From positions 1,302,001 through 1,366,000 of the forward strand of contig JANHCV010000004.1 in NCBI GenBank assembly GCA_025594325.1: a stretch of DNA of 64,000 bases, written 5' to 3'. This document shows, piece after piece, positions 1 to 12,888 of this stretch. Position numbers and translations under genes: made by a program. Each line of letters begins with the position of its first letter. Within the stretch, counting starts at the first letter, position 1. Below the pieces are notes generated by a model. The model was not told where the DNA came from and did not search any database. It saw only the letters and a program-made list of their open reading frames with translations. This stretch comes from Blastocladiella emersonii ATCC 22665. Its lineage: Eukaryota > Fungi > Blastocladiomycota.

Positions 1-2
1 GC

Positions 3-695
3 ATCGAGTTCTCGCAGAGCGCCGAGCCGCGCACCAACACCTCTTCCTCGTCGTCGGCCAAGAACCCGCGCGTCCAGACCTACTACGCGCGCGGCGGCTC
101 GCGCGGCGCCCGCGGCGGCGCCGAGGTTGTTACCATTGAGAACACCGAGTCCGGCACCCACGTCCAGTACGGGCCCAAGAGCCGCGCCGCCGCCGGGAAC
201 ATCCCGCTCGCGCCCGCGCCGCAGCAGGCGCCCGCCGCGGCGAGGGGTCACTCGGTCCCTCCCCGGCCCGTCGCGGTCGCGGCACCGGCCCCGGCGTACC
301 CGGCGTACCCGGGCTACGGCGGCCCGCCGCCGGGCATGCCGTACGGCGCCCCGGCCTACTACCCGCCACCACCGCTGCCGCACCCCGGGTACGGGTACCC
401 GACGGGCATGGAGTACGCCGCCGACCAGGGGTACGGCTACGGGTACGGCTACGGCCCGTACGGCGGGTACCCGCAGTACCCGGTGCCGCTGCAGCATCAG
501 CCCGAGCGGAGACGCGGTGCGCGCGGTGGGCGAGGCCGCGGCCGCAAGCCGGCGGCGCAGGACGAGGAGTTTGAGGATGAGGACGATGAGGTGGTCGCCG
601 AGACCGCGACGGGCGTCCACCACCGCGGGAACCGGCCGCTCGAGCACCCCGCGGCGTACTACGACGGGTACGACGACGGGTACGGCGGCATGTGA
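3..695 (+). CDS. 3' part of a hypothetical Pro/Gly/Tyr-rich protein (5' end outside the window)
   Basis: Frame 3 is open from base 3 to TGA at 695 with host-like GC3 codons; PY/GY-rich low-complexity region, RGG motifs and an acidic tail. No recognisable domain. Confidence 0.55.
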   Translation: MEFSQSAEPRTNTSSSSSAKNPRVQTYYARGGSRGARGGAEVVTIENTESGTHVQYGPKSRAAAGNIPLAPAPQQAPAAARGHSVPPRPVAVAAPAPAYPAYPGYGGPPPGMPYGAPAYYPPPPLPHPGYGYPTGMEYAADQGYGYGYGYGPYGGYPQYPVPLQHQPERRRGARGGRGRGRKPAAQDEEFEDEDDEVVAETATGVHHRGNRPLEHPAAYYDGYDDGYGGM

Positions 696-981
696 GGTAC
701 GTGTGGTGTCGATGGGCGCCGCTGTGGGCTCGCTGACGCCGTGTTCGTGTAGCACAGCAGCGACTCGCTTACGGGTGAGCACTCGACGGACGGACTCGGT
801 CTGTGACTTGCCCTTGCTCTCTACATACTGCGCGCGATGGACCCCTCGCCATCGACGCTGTACCTCGCTCGACCTCATCCCTTCACGCAGCGCAAACTGC
901 GCGTGGACTCTGCCGCTCTCCCCTTCTCTCCCCTCTACCTCCAGTTCTATATACTCTGCCACTTGGATTGCGTGCATCTAT

Positions 982-3900
982 TCATGGGATCCGAGACTTG
1001 ACGAGCGTGTACCGGTCGATCGTGGACAGCTTGTCGACCTTGGGCGCGTCGCCGCCGCCGCCCGTCTCCTTGCCTGCGGCGGACTTGCTGCTGCTGCCGT
1101 GGTCGCGCTTCTTGGCCCCGAGCTCGGGGATCGGCTGTACGACCTCGCCGGCCGCGATCCACTCCTGCTGCTGCGCGAGGCACTGGTCGAGCAGCGTCAT
1201 GCCGATGACGAGCTTGAACGAGAGGAGGCTACACAAATCGAGGTGAGCATCACATACGTCGCGGACGAGTGAGATCGCGGGGAACGCACAGCAAGTACGC
1301 AACGACCGCCGCGAGCGCGAGTACACCAAACTGGTCGACGACCGCGAGCCCCGCGACCGTGGCCCTCTCGCCACGGTCCACGACCCACGCGGGGACCTCG
1401 CGAACCACGGCCTGCGTCGCCGCCGCGCCCCACTCGGTCTCGACGAGCACGCGGCGGACGGCCGCGACACACGTCCCGGGGCTCAGGCGCAGCGCGGGCG
1501 GCGGGTCGGACCACGCAAAGTTCCACGTCACGCCCGCGGCCTCGGCAATGTCGAGCCACATGCGCACCGCGACCACGGCCAGCGGAAGCGCGCCGAACCC
1601 GATGCGACGCGATACGTACGGGACCATGTCCTGCGACAGTGCGTATGATGACGACACAGCGGCGCGGGCAGGAGAGGCAGCGGCTGGTTGCGGTTGCGCA
1701 GGCGGGATGGACTCGGCCGACCCGCGCGTCGAGGACGAAGTCGAAGCGAGCGTGTCGACGCTGAGCCACGCGTGCTTCGCCAACGCCGACGCGGGGACAG
1801 CCGCGGGCGCCGAGTTTGGGATCGGCCGGTTGAGCGCGGCCGCTGCCGCCGCCGGGAAATCGAGCGTGAGCGGCGGAACCGGCGGCGGCGGTGTCTCCGT
1901 GTGCCCGTCGCGATGGTGTTCGACGACCGTGTCGAGCGTCGACGACGCGCGGCGCGACCGCAGCGCGGGCATCCCGAGCGTAGGCGTCGTGGACGCGGCG
2001 CGCGACCGCGAGTGCGACCCGGACCGCGACCGCCCACCTGAGCTCGGCGAGCTGCGCCGGTGCGTCTTGGTGAGCCGTTCCGACGACTCGTCGGCGTGCG
2101 CCGCCGTGCCGCTGCGCCGCGTTGGGGTCGGGACGGGTGTGGGCGAGGGCGAGAGTTTGCGCGCGCCGCCGCGCGGCGTCACGGACCGCGAGCGGCCGAA
2201 CCGGACCGAGTTGCTGCTCCCGCTGTACCGGTCGCGGTAGTACGTCGACACGCGGACCGTCGCGTCCGACTCGCTTGCCGTGTCGTCGGGCGGCGGCTGG
2301 CGCTGCAGGTCGTCGGGCAGGACGGAGGGCGCGGGAGCTGGGTCGTCGGACAGCGCGGCAGCCGGCGGCGGGGGCGAAGGAGGCAGCGTGCGCACGACGT
2401 TGATGCTACCAACGCGCGGGCTCGAGTGGATCGGGCGGCCGCGGGGCTCCTCGGCGAGCACTGGCGCCGCCGCCTCGCCCGTCTCGTTGGCCTTCTCCAA
2501 CTCATGCGCTGCCGCCGTGGTTGAGACCGCGGACACGATATCGATACACAGGACGCGGCGGTACCTGCGGTACACCTCCTCGGGGCGGAGGTTATTGAAC
2601 TTGGTGATAAACGCGTGCTTGAGCCAGTCGACGAGCACCTCGCTGCCAGCAACGAGGAGCGCGGGCGACAGCACGTCGACGGCGAGCGGGACCCACGCGG
2701 GCGCGGTGCCGGACCACTCCCACCACACGACCTGCGACGTGACGGCCGCGTGCCCGACGTGGTACGCGTCGTTGGCGAGCGCGGCGCCGAGCGTGGTCGC
2801 GGTCTCGGCAAAGCTGGCGAGGACGCGGCTCCCGATATCGATGACGAGCGTCTGCGCGTCGGCAAGGAGGTTGGACGAGGACACGAGCAGCGCGACGAGC
2901 GCCGAGACCTCTGTGTACGCGACCTGCGCGCTGTGCGCAGCCAGCGACGCGACCTGCCACGCGTTGCCGCCGGGCGCCGCGGTCCACGTCACGTACGGCA
3001 GCGCGAGCGACAGGCTGGTGCGGCCGTCCGTGTTGTTGAGCAGCTCGAGGAAGTTGCGCGCCACGTTGAGCGACAGGTACACGGTGAGGTTCATGCGTTC
3101 GACCATATCTAGGCGGGCGCACGGCAAGGCGTTAGGGTGTGAACGGGGTCGGGGTTGACGAGGACGAACGGCGTACCCGCGCAGGACAGCTGGAACAGGT
3201 TCTCGGCCTCGAACCGCTTGAAGACGCTGCTCTTGATCTCGACAAACTGGTTCGAGATGAGCAGCGGGAGGAGGCCGTTCGAGTACGAGTTGATGGACAC
3301 GTTGAGCGTGACCATCTGGTAGTACAGGACGATTGAGTGGATCGCTACACGGGCGGGAACGGCGTGAGTTCAAGCGACCTCTGAAAACCATGGACAGCGC
3401 ACGCACTGACGTAGGCGCCAGCGAGAACAAAGTGGACGGGGAGCGGGAGCGACGTCTTCTCGGGCCCGTGCAGCGAGCGCGCGAACAGCGAGTCGAGAAT
3501 GTCCATGCCGAAGGAGCAGCACAGCTTGTCGCACACCTCGAGCAGGTTGAAGATGACGTAGAGCTTCATCATGGCTACACCGTCGCGCGTGGGTTACTCG
3601 GGCGGTCTCGCTTGGTGCGGGCGAGGGCGCGTACATTGACCTCGGATCGTGTGGTACAACCAACTCTACACGAGCGACTGTCAGCCTCGAATCCCAACTC
3701 AAGCGGAGACCAACGCGTACCGGATCAATCTGGTACAACGCAGCACACGCAGCGCCCATGATGACGGCGCGCCAGACGTCCATGATATGCTGGCGGTGCA
3801 TGAGCGGGGTGCGGCGGACCACGCTGCGGAACACGGACTGGAACGCGACGAGGACGCGCAGCGGGAGGATCGTGAAGATTGCGAAGAAGGCGTCGAGGCA

Positions 3901-4495
3901 CACTATGTAGCCGAGCCACAGGGTCTACAAGGTCGCGTCAGCTCGTGTCCCTGGAAGCGTGCCTCGCCTGACGCACCTTCTCGAGCTCGAGCGGCACGCT
4001 GAGAAAGTTAGACACGCGTTCGCTCTTCTGCTCGGCGCCCTGCAGCACGTCGGCGCCGTGGAGCGCCGCCGAGAGGTACTGGCGCGCCGAGATGCGCGGC
4101 GCGCGCTTAGCCGCCGCAGGACGCGTCTGGACCTGCGCCTGCGACTGCGGCGGCTGCACCTTGATGGGCGCAGACTCGGCCGTAGTACGGCGCGAGCGCG
4201 TTGGTTCCCGCGCAGGGATCAGTGGCGGTTGTGGCGGCGGGAGCGGCAACGCTGCAGTGCTCTTCGCGGCATCGTCGCGGTCGAGCGACGCCTCACTCGC
4301 GCGAACGTCTGCAGCGACCCTGTTCGCAGGCCCGAGCTCGCTCTCGACGAGCAGCGCGCGCAGCTGCGGCGCCGAGAAGCTGGTCATGAGCCGTGTCTCC
4401 TCGCCAGCGGCGGGGACAGCTGTGCGGTCCGCGTCGCCGCCGCCGCCGTCGGCTTTCGCGGTCGCGGAGGTAGTCTTGATCTCGTTTTGTATCAT
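982..4495 (-). CDS. TAPT1: TAPT1/Emp65 (DUF747) ER membrane protein, multi-exon
   Basis: Exon peptides include VCLDAFFAIFTILPLR, MKLYVIFNLLEVCDKLCCSFG, LLISNQFVEIKSSVFKRFE, DWLKHAFITKFN and the C-terminus LSTIDRYTLVKSRIP, all typical of DUF747. Confidence 0.9.
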
Positions 4496-4752
4496 CCCAG
4501 AGTAGTATGCATGGTGTGGTGAGTTTTGTTGGTTTGCGAGCGCGAGGGGAGAAGGGATCGGCGGCGACCGCGCGACGACTTGAGTTGGCGCTCCCTGAAC
4601 GGCGCGTCGCTGCCAACCAGCTCCGCGATGGTCATCTTTAGCTCAGCCGACATTAGGTATAGGATCACAAGTCTTAGAGGGCAGACACAAGGGCAGTAGA
4701 CAGCGGCGACAGCAGCGCTCGGGCATCGACAGGGAGAAGGAGGACGAGATGG

Positions 4753-6688
4753 TTACATGGCCGCGCCGCGCTCCGTGCCCGTGGTCGTCGCCGACGGTGT
4801 GGTGGTCGAGGCGTTAGTGCTGTTGGTGGTAGCCGAGGTCGACGCGCCGTACGCAGCCGCCGCGATCCCGCCGGTGCATCCGCTGAGGCTAGGATCCTTT
4901 GCGTGGTGCAAGGACGACGGCGTGGGGTGGTGGTGGTGGTTCGCGTTAGCCGATCCATCCGTGGCATCGAGGGACGCGGTGGAGTCGACCGCACCTTGCG
5001 CGTCCTCGGCGTGGGGTGCCGAGGCCGAGGCCGGCTTGGCCGCGTGGTGACCATGGTCATGGTCCTCGCCACGACTGCTGCCGCCGGCACTGCTGCTGCT
5101 CGAATCCGCCGCGTCGTCGGCGCCGCCGGCGGGCTCCATGTGGCGGTCGGCGGTATCGACGCGCCCGCCCTGCGTGGCGAACGCCGTGAAGAACTGCGGG
5201 TTGGGCGCGCCGCCGATCCCCTCGGTGTCGGTACTCTCCTGGCTGCTGTGGACGGCCGCCGCGTCGTCACCGCCGCCGCTGCCGCCGCCGCCCGCCGTGT
5301 GGATCGAGACATTGCTCGCGGCGTGCGACGCGACCTGCGTCGTGACCGAGTTGGTCGACCCCGAGTTGTTGCCCGCCGCGAGCGGCACGCCGAGCCCGAA
5401 GCTCATCTCGTGCGTGTTGAGGACCGACGCACCCGCGTGCGACGACGCGTCGCCGCCGTGCGCGTGGTCGTCGTCGTGGTGGTCGTCGTCGACGTGCACG
5501 CTGACGACGGGCGTCGGGCCGACCGTGCGCACGTTCGGGAGCGACGGCGAGTGGTGGAGCTCGGGCACGGGCGGCGTCTGGACCTGCGGCAGCCCCGCGG
5601 CGGGGTGCGGTCCAGTCGGCGTGTCGGGTGAGGATCCCGCCGACGTCGAGGTCGCCGCCGTGGCAATGGCGACCGGCGCAGCGGCAGATGCAGCCGCAGC
5701 GCCCGCGCTGCCAGCTGGTGGTGCCGAGGGCGTATTGTCGTCATTGGCGTCGTCGTCGTCGCCGAGCAGCGAGAGGTCCTCGACCGAGACGCTGACGCTC
5801 AGGTCGGCGAAGTGGCGGCACAGCGGGCACGAGAAGTTGGGCCAGGTGGCGAGGAGCGGGCGGGCGCACTTGTAGTGGAACGAGTGGCAGCACGGCGCGA
5901 TGAAAAGGGCCTGGAACGGCGCAATGGCGCCGAGGCAGATGCAGCAGTCGCCCGTGCCCTTAGTGTCCTTGTCGCTGGCGGCGGCCAGCGTGCGCAGCGC
6001 CTTGATGACCTGGGTCCTACACGCGTCAGCGGGCGGGTGGGTCAGCGGTGGCGGCGGTGGCGACCGGGCACGACGTGCGGACAACGAACCGGAACGCGTT
6101 GTTGCGGTGCTTGAAGGCCTCGCGGTTGAGCTCGACGCGCATGCGCACGCAGCGGAAAATGTCCTCGGTGCGGCCCTGGTAGTCGACGCCGAGCTGGATA
6201 ATGTCGCCGTCCTTGAGCTGGATCGGCGCGCTCTCCGTGTTGGCGGGCGCGACGCGCACGTTGTTGATGAAGGTGCCCGACGACGACTTGGTGTCGCGGT
6301 AAAAGAACTAGTACGAGGCGTCGGTTAGCCCTCGCGCCGCAGACACATCAAGCGCGGGGTCGCGACGTACGTTCATGCCCTCGGTCCACACCTCGCCGTG
6401 CTGCCGGGAGACGACCTTGGACTTGAAGGCGATGGCGTCCGACAGGTCGACGTTGCCCTTCTCGACGAACCGCTTGACGCGCAGGATCTTGCCGTTGGGC
6501 ACCTTGCGCTCCATGATGGGGAAGTTGAGCCCGCGGTGCACCTCGGTGATGTACGGGATGAACCGGACCGTCGGCACAAAGCCGGGGTCGGTCGGGCGCG
6601 CCGCCGCCGCCGCGTGGTGATCGCCCATAGCGGCGGCTGGAGGGGCGGCCGTTCGCCCGCTGGGCGCAGCGGGAGCGGGGTCCGCCAT
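4753..6688 (-). CDS. DMA1: FHA + RING-H2 E3 ubiquitin ligase, Dma1/Chf family (3 exons)
   Basis: FHA: FKSKVVSRQHGEVW, DTKSSSGTFIN, LKDGDIIQLGVDYQG. RING: CCICLGAIAPFQALFIAPCCHSFHYKC...FSCPLCR. Confidence 0.9.
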
Positions 6689-7204
6689 GGTTTACGGTGT
6701 GGGGGAGCCGTGCGGTTGAGAGGCGAGTCTACGCGAGAGCCAAAGTTACATTACCGTCCGCTGTAGCGACGAGCGGGTGCAGCCGGCCGTACTAGTGCTT
6801 GCGACCGGGACTCGCGTAGCTTGGCGCAGCAGAGCGAGCGCGCAGGTCTGGAACGACGGCGCGATCAGGCGTCGGCGGCGTCGGCGGATGCGGTGGTTGG
6901 CGATCGGGGTATCACAGCGGCGGCCCGCGCGATCCAGAGGCGTGTGAGGAGAGTGCGGGTGCGTGACGTCGAGATGCACCCAGGCCAAGCTTCATGTGCA
7001 GGGGGGAACGGGAGCGAGAGCGAGAGCGAGAGCGGTAGTATCAGCGCGATGTGTCGCACACTCAAAGCGCGCCAAAAACAGCCGCGCGGCGGGCGTCACA
7101 TGACGCGTGAAGAACGCGAGACAAGACGCGTCTCTCGCCACCTCCCGCAACCGCACGCGGTCCGCGTAAAACGATGTATGACTGCAGGCATGGCTCCCCC
7201 GCCC

Positions 7205-8477
7205 TCACTCCTCGAACGTCGGCCCGTCTCCCACCTCATCGCCGTCGCCGTCGTCGCTGCCGAGGGACAAGGCGGACAGATCCGGCGCCGGCGCGACCTC
7301 TTCCGCGAGCTGCTCGTGCCCGCGAAAACTCTCCTCGGCGAGCACATTGTCAATGAGCTCGCCGAGACTCCGTCTTGCCGAGTCGTCAAGCGGCGGGTCA
7401 TCGAACAGCGAGAGCGAGGACAGCGAGCACAACGACGACACGGACCCGCTTGTGAGCAGGCGCACGCGGCGCACGCGCTGGGACGGGTCGTTGTCGTCGG
7501 CCGGCGGCGAGTCGTGCGGGAAGACAAAGTGCGGCGGTTCGCTCACGGGCGCGTACACTTGTGGGCTGCCCGGAGACCGTGGCGACGTGGACCCGTTGAG
7601 CGGCTCGAGGATGGGCACGTACACGTCCATGAAGTCGCCCGCGCCCTCGAGACAGAGCGGCCTATTGAGTGGGAGTGTGAGTCCCGAAGTTTCGCGGCGC
7701 ATGTGGGCGCAGGAGTACCATTCTCGGACGGCGGGTTCGCTCTTGAGCGACGGATCCGTCTCGCGCATGTGGATCTCGCAGCGGATTGTGATGGGCCGGG
7801 AGCCGAGCTACACATCTTCGTCAGTCCACTTGCGTTCCCTTTCGTGATCAGAAAACGCACCCGCATCAGCTCGAACGGCGGTTGCCGAACACACTCGGTC
7901 GACGGGTTGAACGACGGGCCGAGGTCGAACACGACGTGGTCAATGAGCTCCGACTCGGCGTGCGGGTCGTCGCACCGCACAAACACGGTCCACAGGTGCG
8001 AGTTGTCGCGCTTGACGAGCGCGCTCTACACTCCCGCACACCCCTCGTCAGCCCCACCGCCATCACCCCGAAATCAACTACGCGGCAACGCAACCCTACC
8101 TCGAGCACGAACGTGTGCGAGTTCCCGACCGCGAGCTGGACGACGCGCGAGTAGCAGTTGCGCCACGCACGCGCATCGGCGTCGTCGAGCCGGTCGCGCA
8201 GCTCGTCGGCCTGGTGCTCGGACAGGGCCGACGTGGGCAGCGGGTGGTCGGTGAGGTCGCGCCACGCGTAGGGCCGGCGGCAGATGGCGCATGCGAGCGC
8301 GGCGGCAATGGCCTCGTCGAACCCGGGCGTGTCGGCGAGCGGCGGCGCGGGCGCGCCAAAGTGCCGCGTCGCGAGGCACGGCGCGCAGAACCGGTGCTGG
8401 CACGGCGGCGACCGCGGGTACGCCAGCGGCTTCAGGCATATCGAGCACGTGTGCGAGTCCATGGTGTTGTTATCCAT
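7205..8477 (-). CDS. RING-finger + YEATS-like domain protein (3 exons)
   Basis: Exon 1 has a C3HC4-type RING (CSIC...PCQHRFCAPC...CAICR). Exons 2-3 give NSHLWTVFVR...IDHVVFDLGPSFNP...VRQPPFELMR|LGSRPITIRCEIH, which follows the YEATS pattern. Intron about 7861-7809 (GTGCGT...CTGAC...TAG). Confidence 0.7.
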
Positions 8478-8739
8478 TGGCGGTGGGGTGATGCGTGTGG
8501 GCGGAGAGAGAGGGAGGAGGCGGAGCGGAAGCGTTGCACGAGCAGCAGCGGCACCAGCGTGGGCCCGCGGAGAACGAAGCGACCTGCAGGCCGTCGCGGA
8601 CATCACGCGATGTGAGCGCGCTCGCGGTCCACCACCTCAGACTCGAACACCCCCACACGCACGCAAATGTATGCCGAGTCGATGCAACGCACATGGAATT
8701 CCTGCCTCTAATGCTGGGCGTCTAGTACACTTTAGCGTC

Positions 8740-11595
8740 ATGGATCAGGAGCGCATCCTCGCGCTCTGCAAGGGGCTCCGGTGCATCGTCCACGTCGGTT
8801 CGTGCCCTCAACGCCGCTGCGCGAGTTGGCCGGGGCTGATACGGTCTCCTCGTGGTAGACTTGGACTGCTTCTACTGCCAGGTCGAACACCTGCGTCTGG
8901 GGATCCCGTCCGAAGTCCCGCTCGCTGTCCAGCAATGGCAGGGTCTGGTACGGCCATCGCCGACCAAAGTGCACCGAATCCTGCCTGATCTGTCGTTACA
9001 TTAGATTGCCGTCAACTACGCCGCCCGCGCGGCCGGGATCCAGCGGCACATGAACGTGCAGGAAGCTCTCAAAGCGTGTCCTGGTACACCACCGTCCCCT
9101 TCCGCTTACGATCGATCGAGTCCTCACCCCACGATTCCGTGTAGAGCTGACACTCGTCCACGTCGCGACCTACGCCGAAAACGACACCGAGCCCCGGTAC
9201 CACCCCTCGCCGACAGCCAAGTCGCACAAGGTGAGCCTGGAGCCGTACCGGCGTTGCTCGGCCAAGATCTTTGCCGTGATCGCGCGCTTCGCCAAGCTGT
9301 ACGAGCGCGCGTCCATCGACGAGGCGTACATGGACCTGACCGAGGAGGTGATCCGGCGCATCCTCGCGTCGCCGCCCGACACCGAGTCGCCGGCCATCGA
9401 GTGGGACACGGCGGCGCTCGGCGTCCTGCACGACCACGACGCGGACCCGCCGACCGGGTGGGCCGACTACATGCTGTGGCACGCGGCCGCCATCACGGCC
9501 GATCTCCGCCGCGCCGTGTTCGACGAGCTCGGCCTGACGTGCTCGGCCGGGATCGCCCACAACAAGACGCTGGCTAAGCTTTGCAGTTCCATGCACAAGC
9601 CCAACAAACAGGTCCGTTCGTTCTCCTAAGCTTGCGTATCTCGTCGACCGCACTGACGCGCGAACCGTGTAGACGACGATGCGGCAACGCTCAGCCATGG
9701 ACGTTCTCGCCGACGTGCCCATCTCCAAGATCAGACTCCTCGGCGGCAAGCTCGGCACGCAGGTCGAGGCCGTGCTGGACGTCAAGACGTGCGAGGACCT
9801 GCGCGTCTACTCGCTCGAGTTCCTGCGGACCAAGCTCGAGCCGTCGACCGCCACCTGGCTGTACGAGATCTGCCGCGGCAAGTGTAACATTCCGGGTACG
9901 CCCGGTAGCGCATGTGCTCCTTCCGCCGCCCCGCTGACCTTGGCGCGCGCGACTGTAGTCGTGACGCGGAACATGGCCAAATCGATGATGGCCGCCAAGC
10001 GCATGCGCCCGTACGCGCCCAACTCGGAGAGCATCGACCACTGGCTCGCGGTCCTGTGCGGTGAGATCTTCACCCGCGTCCGCGACGACTTCGAGATGCA
10101 CGCGCGCTGGCCCAAGAACCTCGTCGTACGCGCTCACGCTTGACTCCCTCCCCCTCACCTCTCCGCTCACCCATCCTCGTCCGCATAGATCGTGGCCCAG
10201 CCCGGCAACAGCGACCCGCGCAGTAAATCCACGGCCTTCCCGTCGCGCCACGCCGTCGGCGACTCGCCCGACACGCTGATCGAGAAGGCGCGGTCCGTGC
10301 TGCTCACCATGGGCAACATCCTGCCGTGCCAGTTCCTGTCGCTGCAGTGCAACGGGTTTGAGTCGGTCGAGAACAGCGACGCCCTCACCCGGTGGATCCG
10401 CCAGGCACGCGACGTGCCCGCGCCGCCTGTCATCATGGACGAGGAGCCGCTACCGGGACCGGTGCTGGTGCCCGAACCCGTGGTCCCCACGCCGCAGGCC
10501 GAAGCTCCCGCGGCAGCGGCACCGCCGACCGAGGTTCCCGTGGCGGGACTGGCCACCGAGGCGCCCAAGTCGTTCTTCCAGCGGCTCGAGGCCGAGCTCG
10601 GGGTCCCGGCCGTGAGCATCCCGGGTACTACGTCCTCGTTCGCGTCGGCTTCCCCATCGACCTCGGCCGCCGCTGCAGCCATGTCCTCGCCCGTGCGGTC
10701 CGCGTACGCCGACGCGCCAAGCTCTTCGCCGCCGCGCACCAGCAGCGGTCCAGGCACCGCTCCCGCGACACACCAGTACGCGAACGCGCAGCCTATCCAG
10801 AAGCTGGGCGCGTGGGCGCTGCTCGACAAGGCGAAGCAGGACCGCGACAAGAAGGCTGCGGCGCCGCGCAACGCAGCGAAACCCGGGTCGGGCGGGTTCG
10901 CCCTCCTCGAGGCGGCCAAGAAGAAGCCAAAAGGCTCCACGCCAAAACAGACCAAGCTGAGCTTCCCGGGCAAGTCGCTCGCGCGGCTCAACAAGCCCGT
11001 GACCAAGACCGAGCCCGACGGCCTGCGCATCACGGCGACGGGCGCCGCGAAACGCAGCCTGTTTGCGCTGCTGTCGGACGCGAGCGACTCGGACGAGGAT
11101 AACGAGAGCGATCTCGAGGGGATTGCCCACGAGCACCGGCCTACGGGCCGCGCGGGTGGGCCCAACAAGCGCGTGCGTGCACTGCAGGACGCCGAGATGG
11201 TGACGTGCCCCAAGTGCCACGAGGAGTACCCGCGGATCATCTTTGCCGAGCACTGGGACGTGCACACAGAGGAGGAGCGGGCGGCGGCGGCGGCGGCGGC
11301 GGCCGCGGCGGCCGCAAGTGGTGAGACGTCGTCGGGTTCGGGCGCAGAAGCGGCCGCGGCGGCGGCTGCCGCTGCTTCCGGTGCGACGACCGAGGTCGAG
11401 CACGCGCCGTCTACTGCTCGCGCGTCATCGCCACCGCGGCCATCGACGGCTACCGAGACCAGCGGCGGCGGAGGCGAGAACGACGACGAGTTTGCGCTCG
11501 TGACGTGCTCCAAGTGCGGCGACGCGTTCCCCAAGGTGATGATGGCCGAGCACATGGACCACCATTTCGCGCTTGAGCTGAGCGAGCAGGGTTAG
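8740..11595 (+). CDS. POLH: DNA polymerase eta (Y-family), multi-exon
   Basis: CIVHV|DLDCFYCQVE, LAVQQW, IAVNYAAR, KVSLEPYRR, ERASIDEAYMDLT, CSAGIAHNKTLAKLCSSMHKPNKQ, LGGKLG and C-terminal UBZ fingers. Confidence 0.95.
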
Positions 11596-11662
11596 CGGGA
11601 ATGGAACATGATATATACACTCAATGCACGAAACTCTCCAACTCTGGCCAGCGACCAGCACG

Positions 11663-12649
11663 TTACTCGCGCTGGGCGAGGAACCAGCGGATCAGGTCGG
11701 TGAGGGAGATGACGCCGGTGCACACCTCGCGGCCCGCGTCGTCGGTAGCGGGGGCGAGGACCCAGACGCGGTGCAGCGACCCGCGGACGATGCGCTGGAT
11801 CACGTCGGCGAACGTCGTGTCCTTGGTGCACGTGGCGACCTCGGGCAGCGTGCCGTCGTTGCGCGCGGCGAGGAACTCGGCGACGGGGAGGTCGAGCATC
11901 GCGACGGCCGCGGACGTGATGCCGCGGAGCGACGCGCCCGAGACGGTGGCGACGACGCGGCCCGCGGCGTCGAGCACGGGGACCGCCTGGACGTTCTTCT
12001 GCCACAGCGTCAGGAACGCGTCGCGTGCCGGGGTGTCGGCGCGCACGCTGATGAGCGAGGTGAACGTCGACTGCAGCGGCAGGGCGCCGAGCGGGGTGTC
12101 GGGCGTGACGCCCGCGGGGAGGAAGGCGGCAAGGTCGGCGGCAATGTACCGCAGCACGTCCGACTGGGTGAAGACGCGGGTCGGGTCGCCCGCGACGCTG
12201 GTGAGCAGGGCACGGTGGATGCCGCGCGTGAACTGCTGCAGCGTGAGCCGCATGTCGTCGTCGACGTCCGCGTCCCAGATGCGGTACGACTCGCGCGAGC
12301 TCTCGTGCAGCGGCAGCGCTGACTCGACGGCGGCGTCGAGCGCGGCCTGGCGGTCGGGCGCCGTGAAGATCTGGCCGACCAGGTCGAGGATCGACAGCAT
12401 GCCCGCGTACCGCGAGTGCGGCACGGCGCCGACGCCGCCCGACCGCGCGCGGATCGGCACCGACAGGATGTGGTGGCGCGCCATCACGGCAAGGCACTCC
12501 TTGACCGACGCCGTCGGCGACACGGCGACCAGTGGCGGGTGCACGCGGCCCTCGGCCTCGAGCGCGTTGATGACGGTGCGGAACGTGGTCTGCTCGAGCG
12601 TGGCGGCGGGCGATGACATGGTCGTGTTAGTTTGTTGTTGTTGATGCAT
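11663..12649 (-). CDS. Four-CBS-domain protein (Sds23/AMPK-gamma-like)
   Basis: Single ORF of 328 aa with CBS repeats: LVAVSPTASVKECLAVMARHHILSVPI, VQAVPVLDAAGRVV, LHRVWV...GVISLTDLIR. Confidence 0.85.
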   Translation of the reverse strand: MHQQQQTNTTMSSPAATLEQTTFRTVINALEAEGRVHPPLVAVSPTASVKECLAVMARHHILSVPIRARSGGVGAVPHSRYAGMLSILDLVGQIFTAPDRQAALDAAVESALPLHESSRESYRIWDADVDDDMRLTLQQFTRGIHRALLTSVAGDPTRVFTQSDVLRYIAADLAAFLPAGVTPDTPLGALPLQSTFTSLISVRADTPARDAFLTLWQKNVQAVPVLDAAGRVVATVSGASLRGITSAAVAMLDLPVAEFLAARNDGTLPEVATCTKDTTFADVIQRIVRGSLHRVWVLAPATDDAGREVCTGVISLTDLIRWFLAQRE

Positions 12650-12888
12650 GGGCGCGAGTGCCTTGGGGGAGAGCGAGCGAGGGCAAGACGAAAGCTTGCG
12701 TTGGGAGGGCGCGGCGCAACGCGTCGTCGTCAGGGCCGCCGATCGCCGACATCACTCACGCGCCTCGGCACGCGCCGGGACTGTTGATCACCTCCCTCCT
12801 CTCTCTCTCGCTGCCGACGCTACAGCTCCCGACCGGCCGCGCGCCGCATGAAACTACTTGTCGCACTGTTCCGGGCGGCACCAGCCCC

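Noticed and set aside
127-3158. Long Arg/Ala/Pro-rich ORFs on the plus strand and in alternative frames (also at 35651-37153, 40139-42451, 56069-57856 and many others)
   Set aside because: These are shadow ORFs produced by very high GC3 on the true coding strand; they show no domain motifs.
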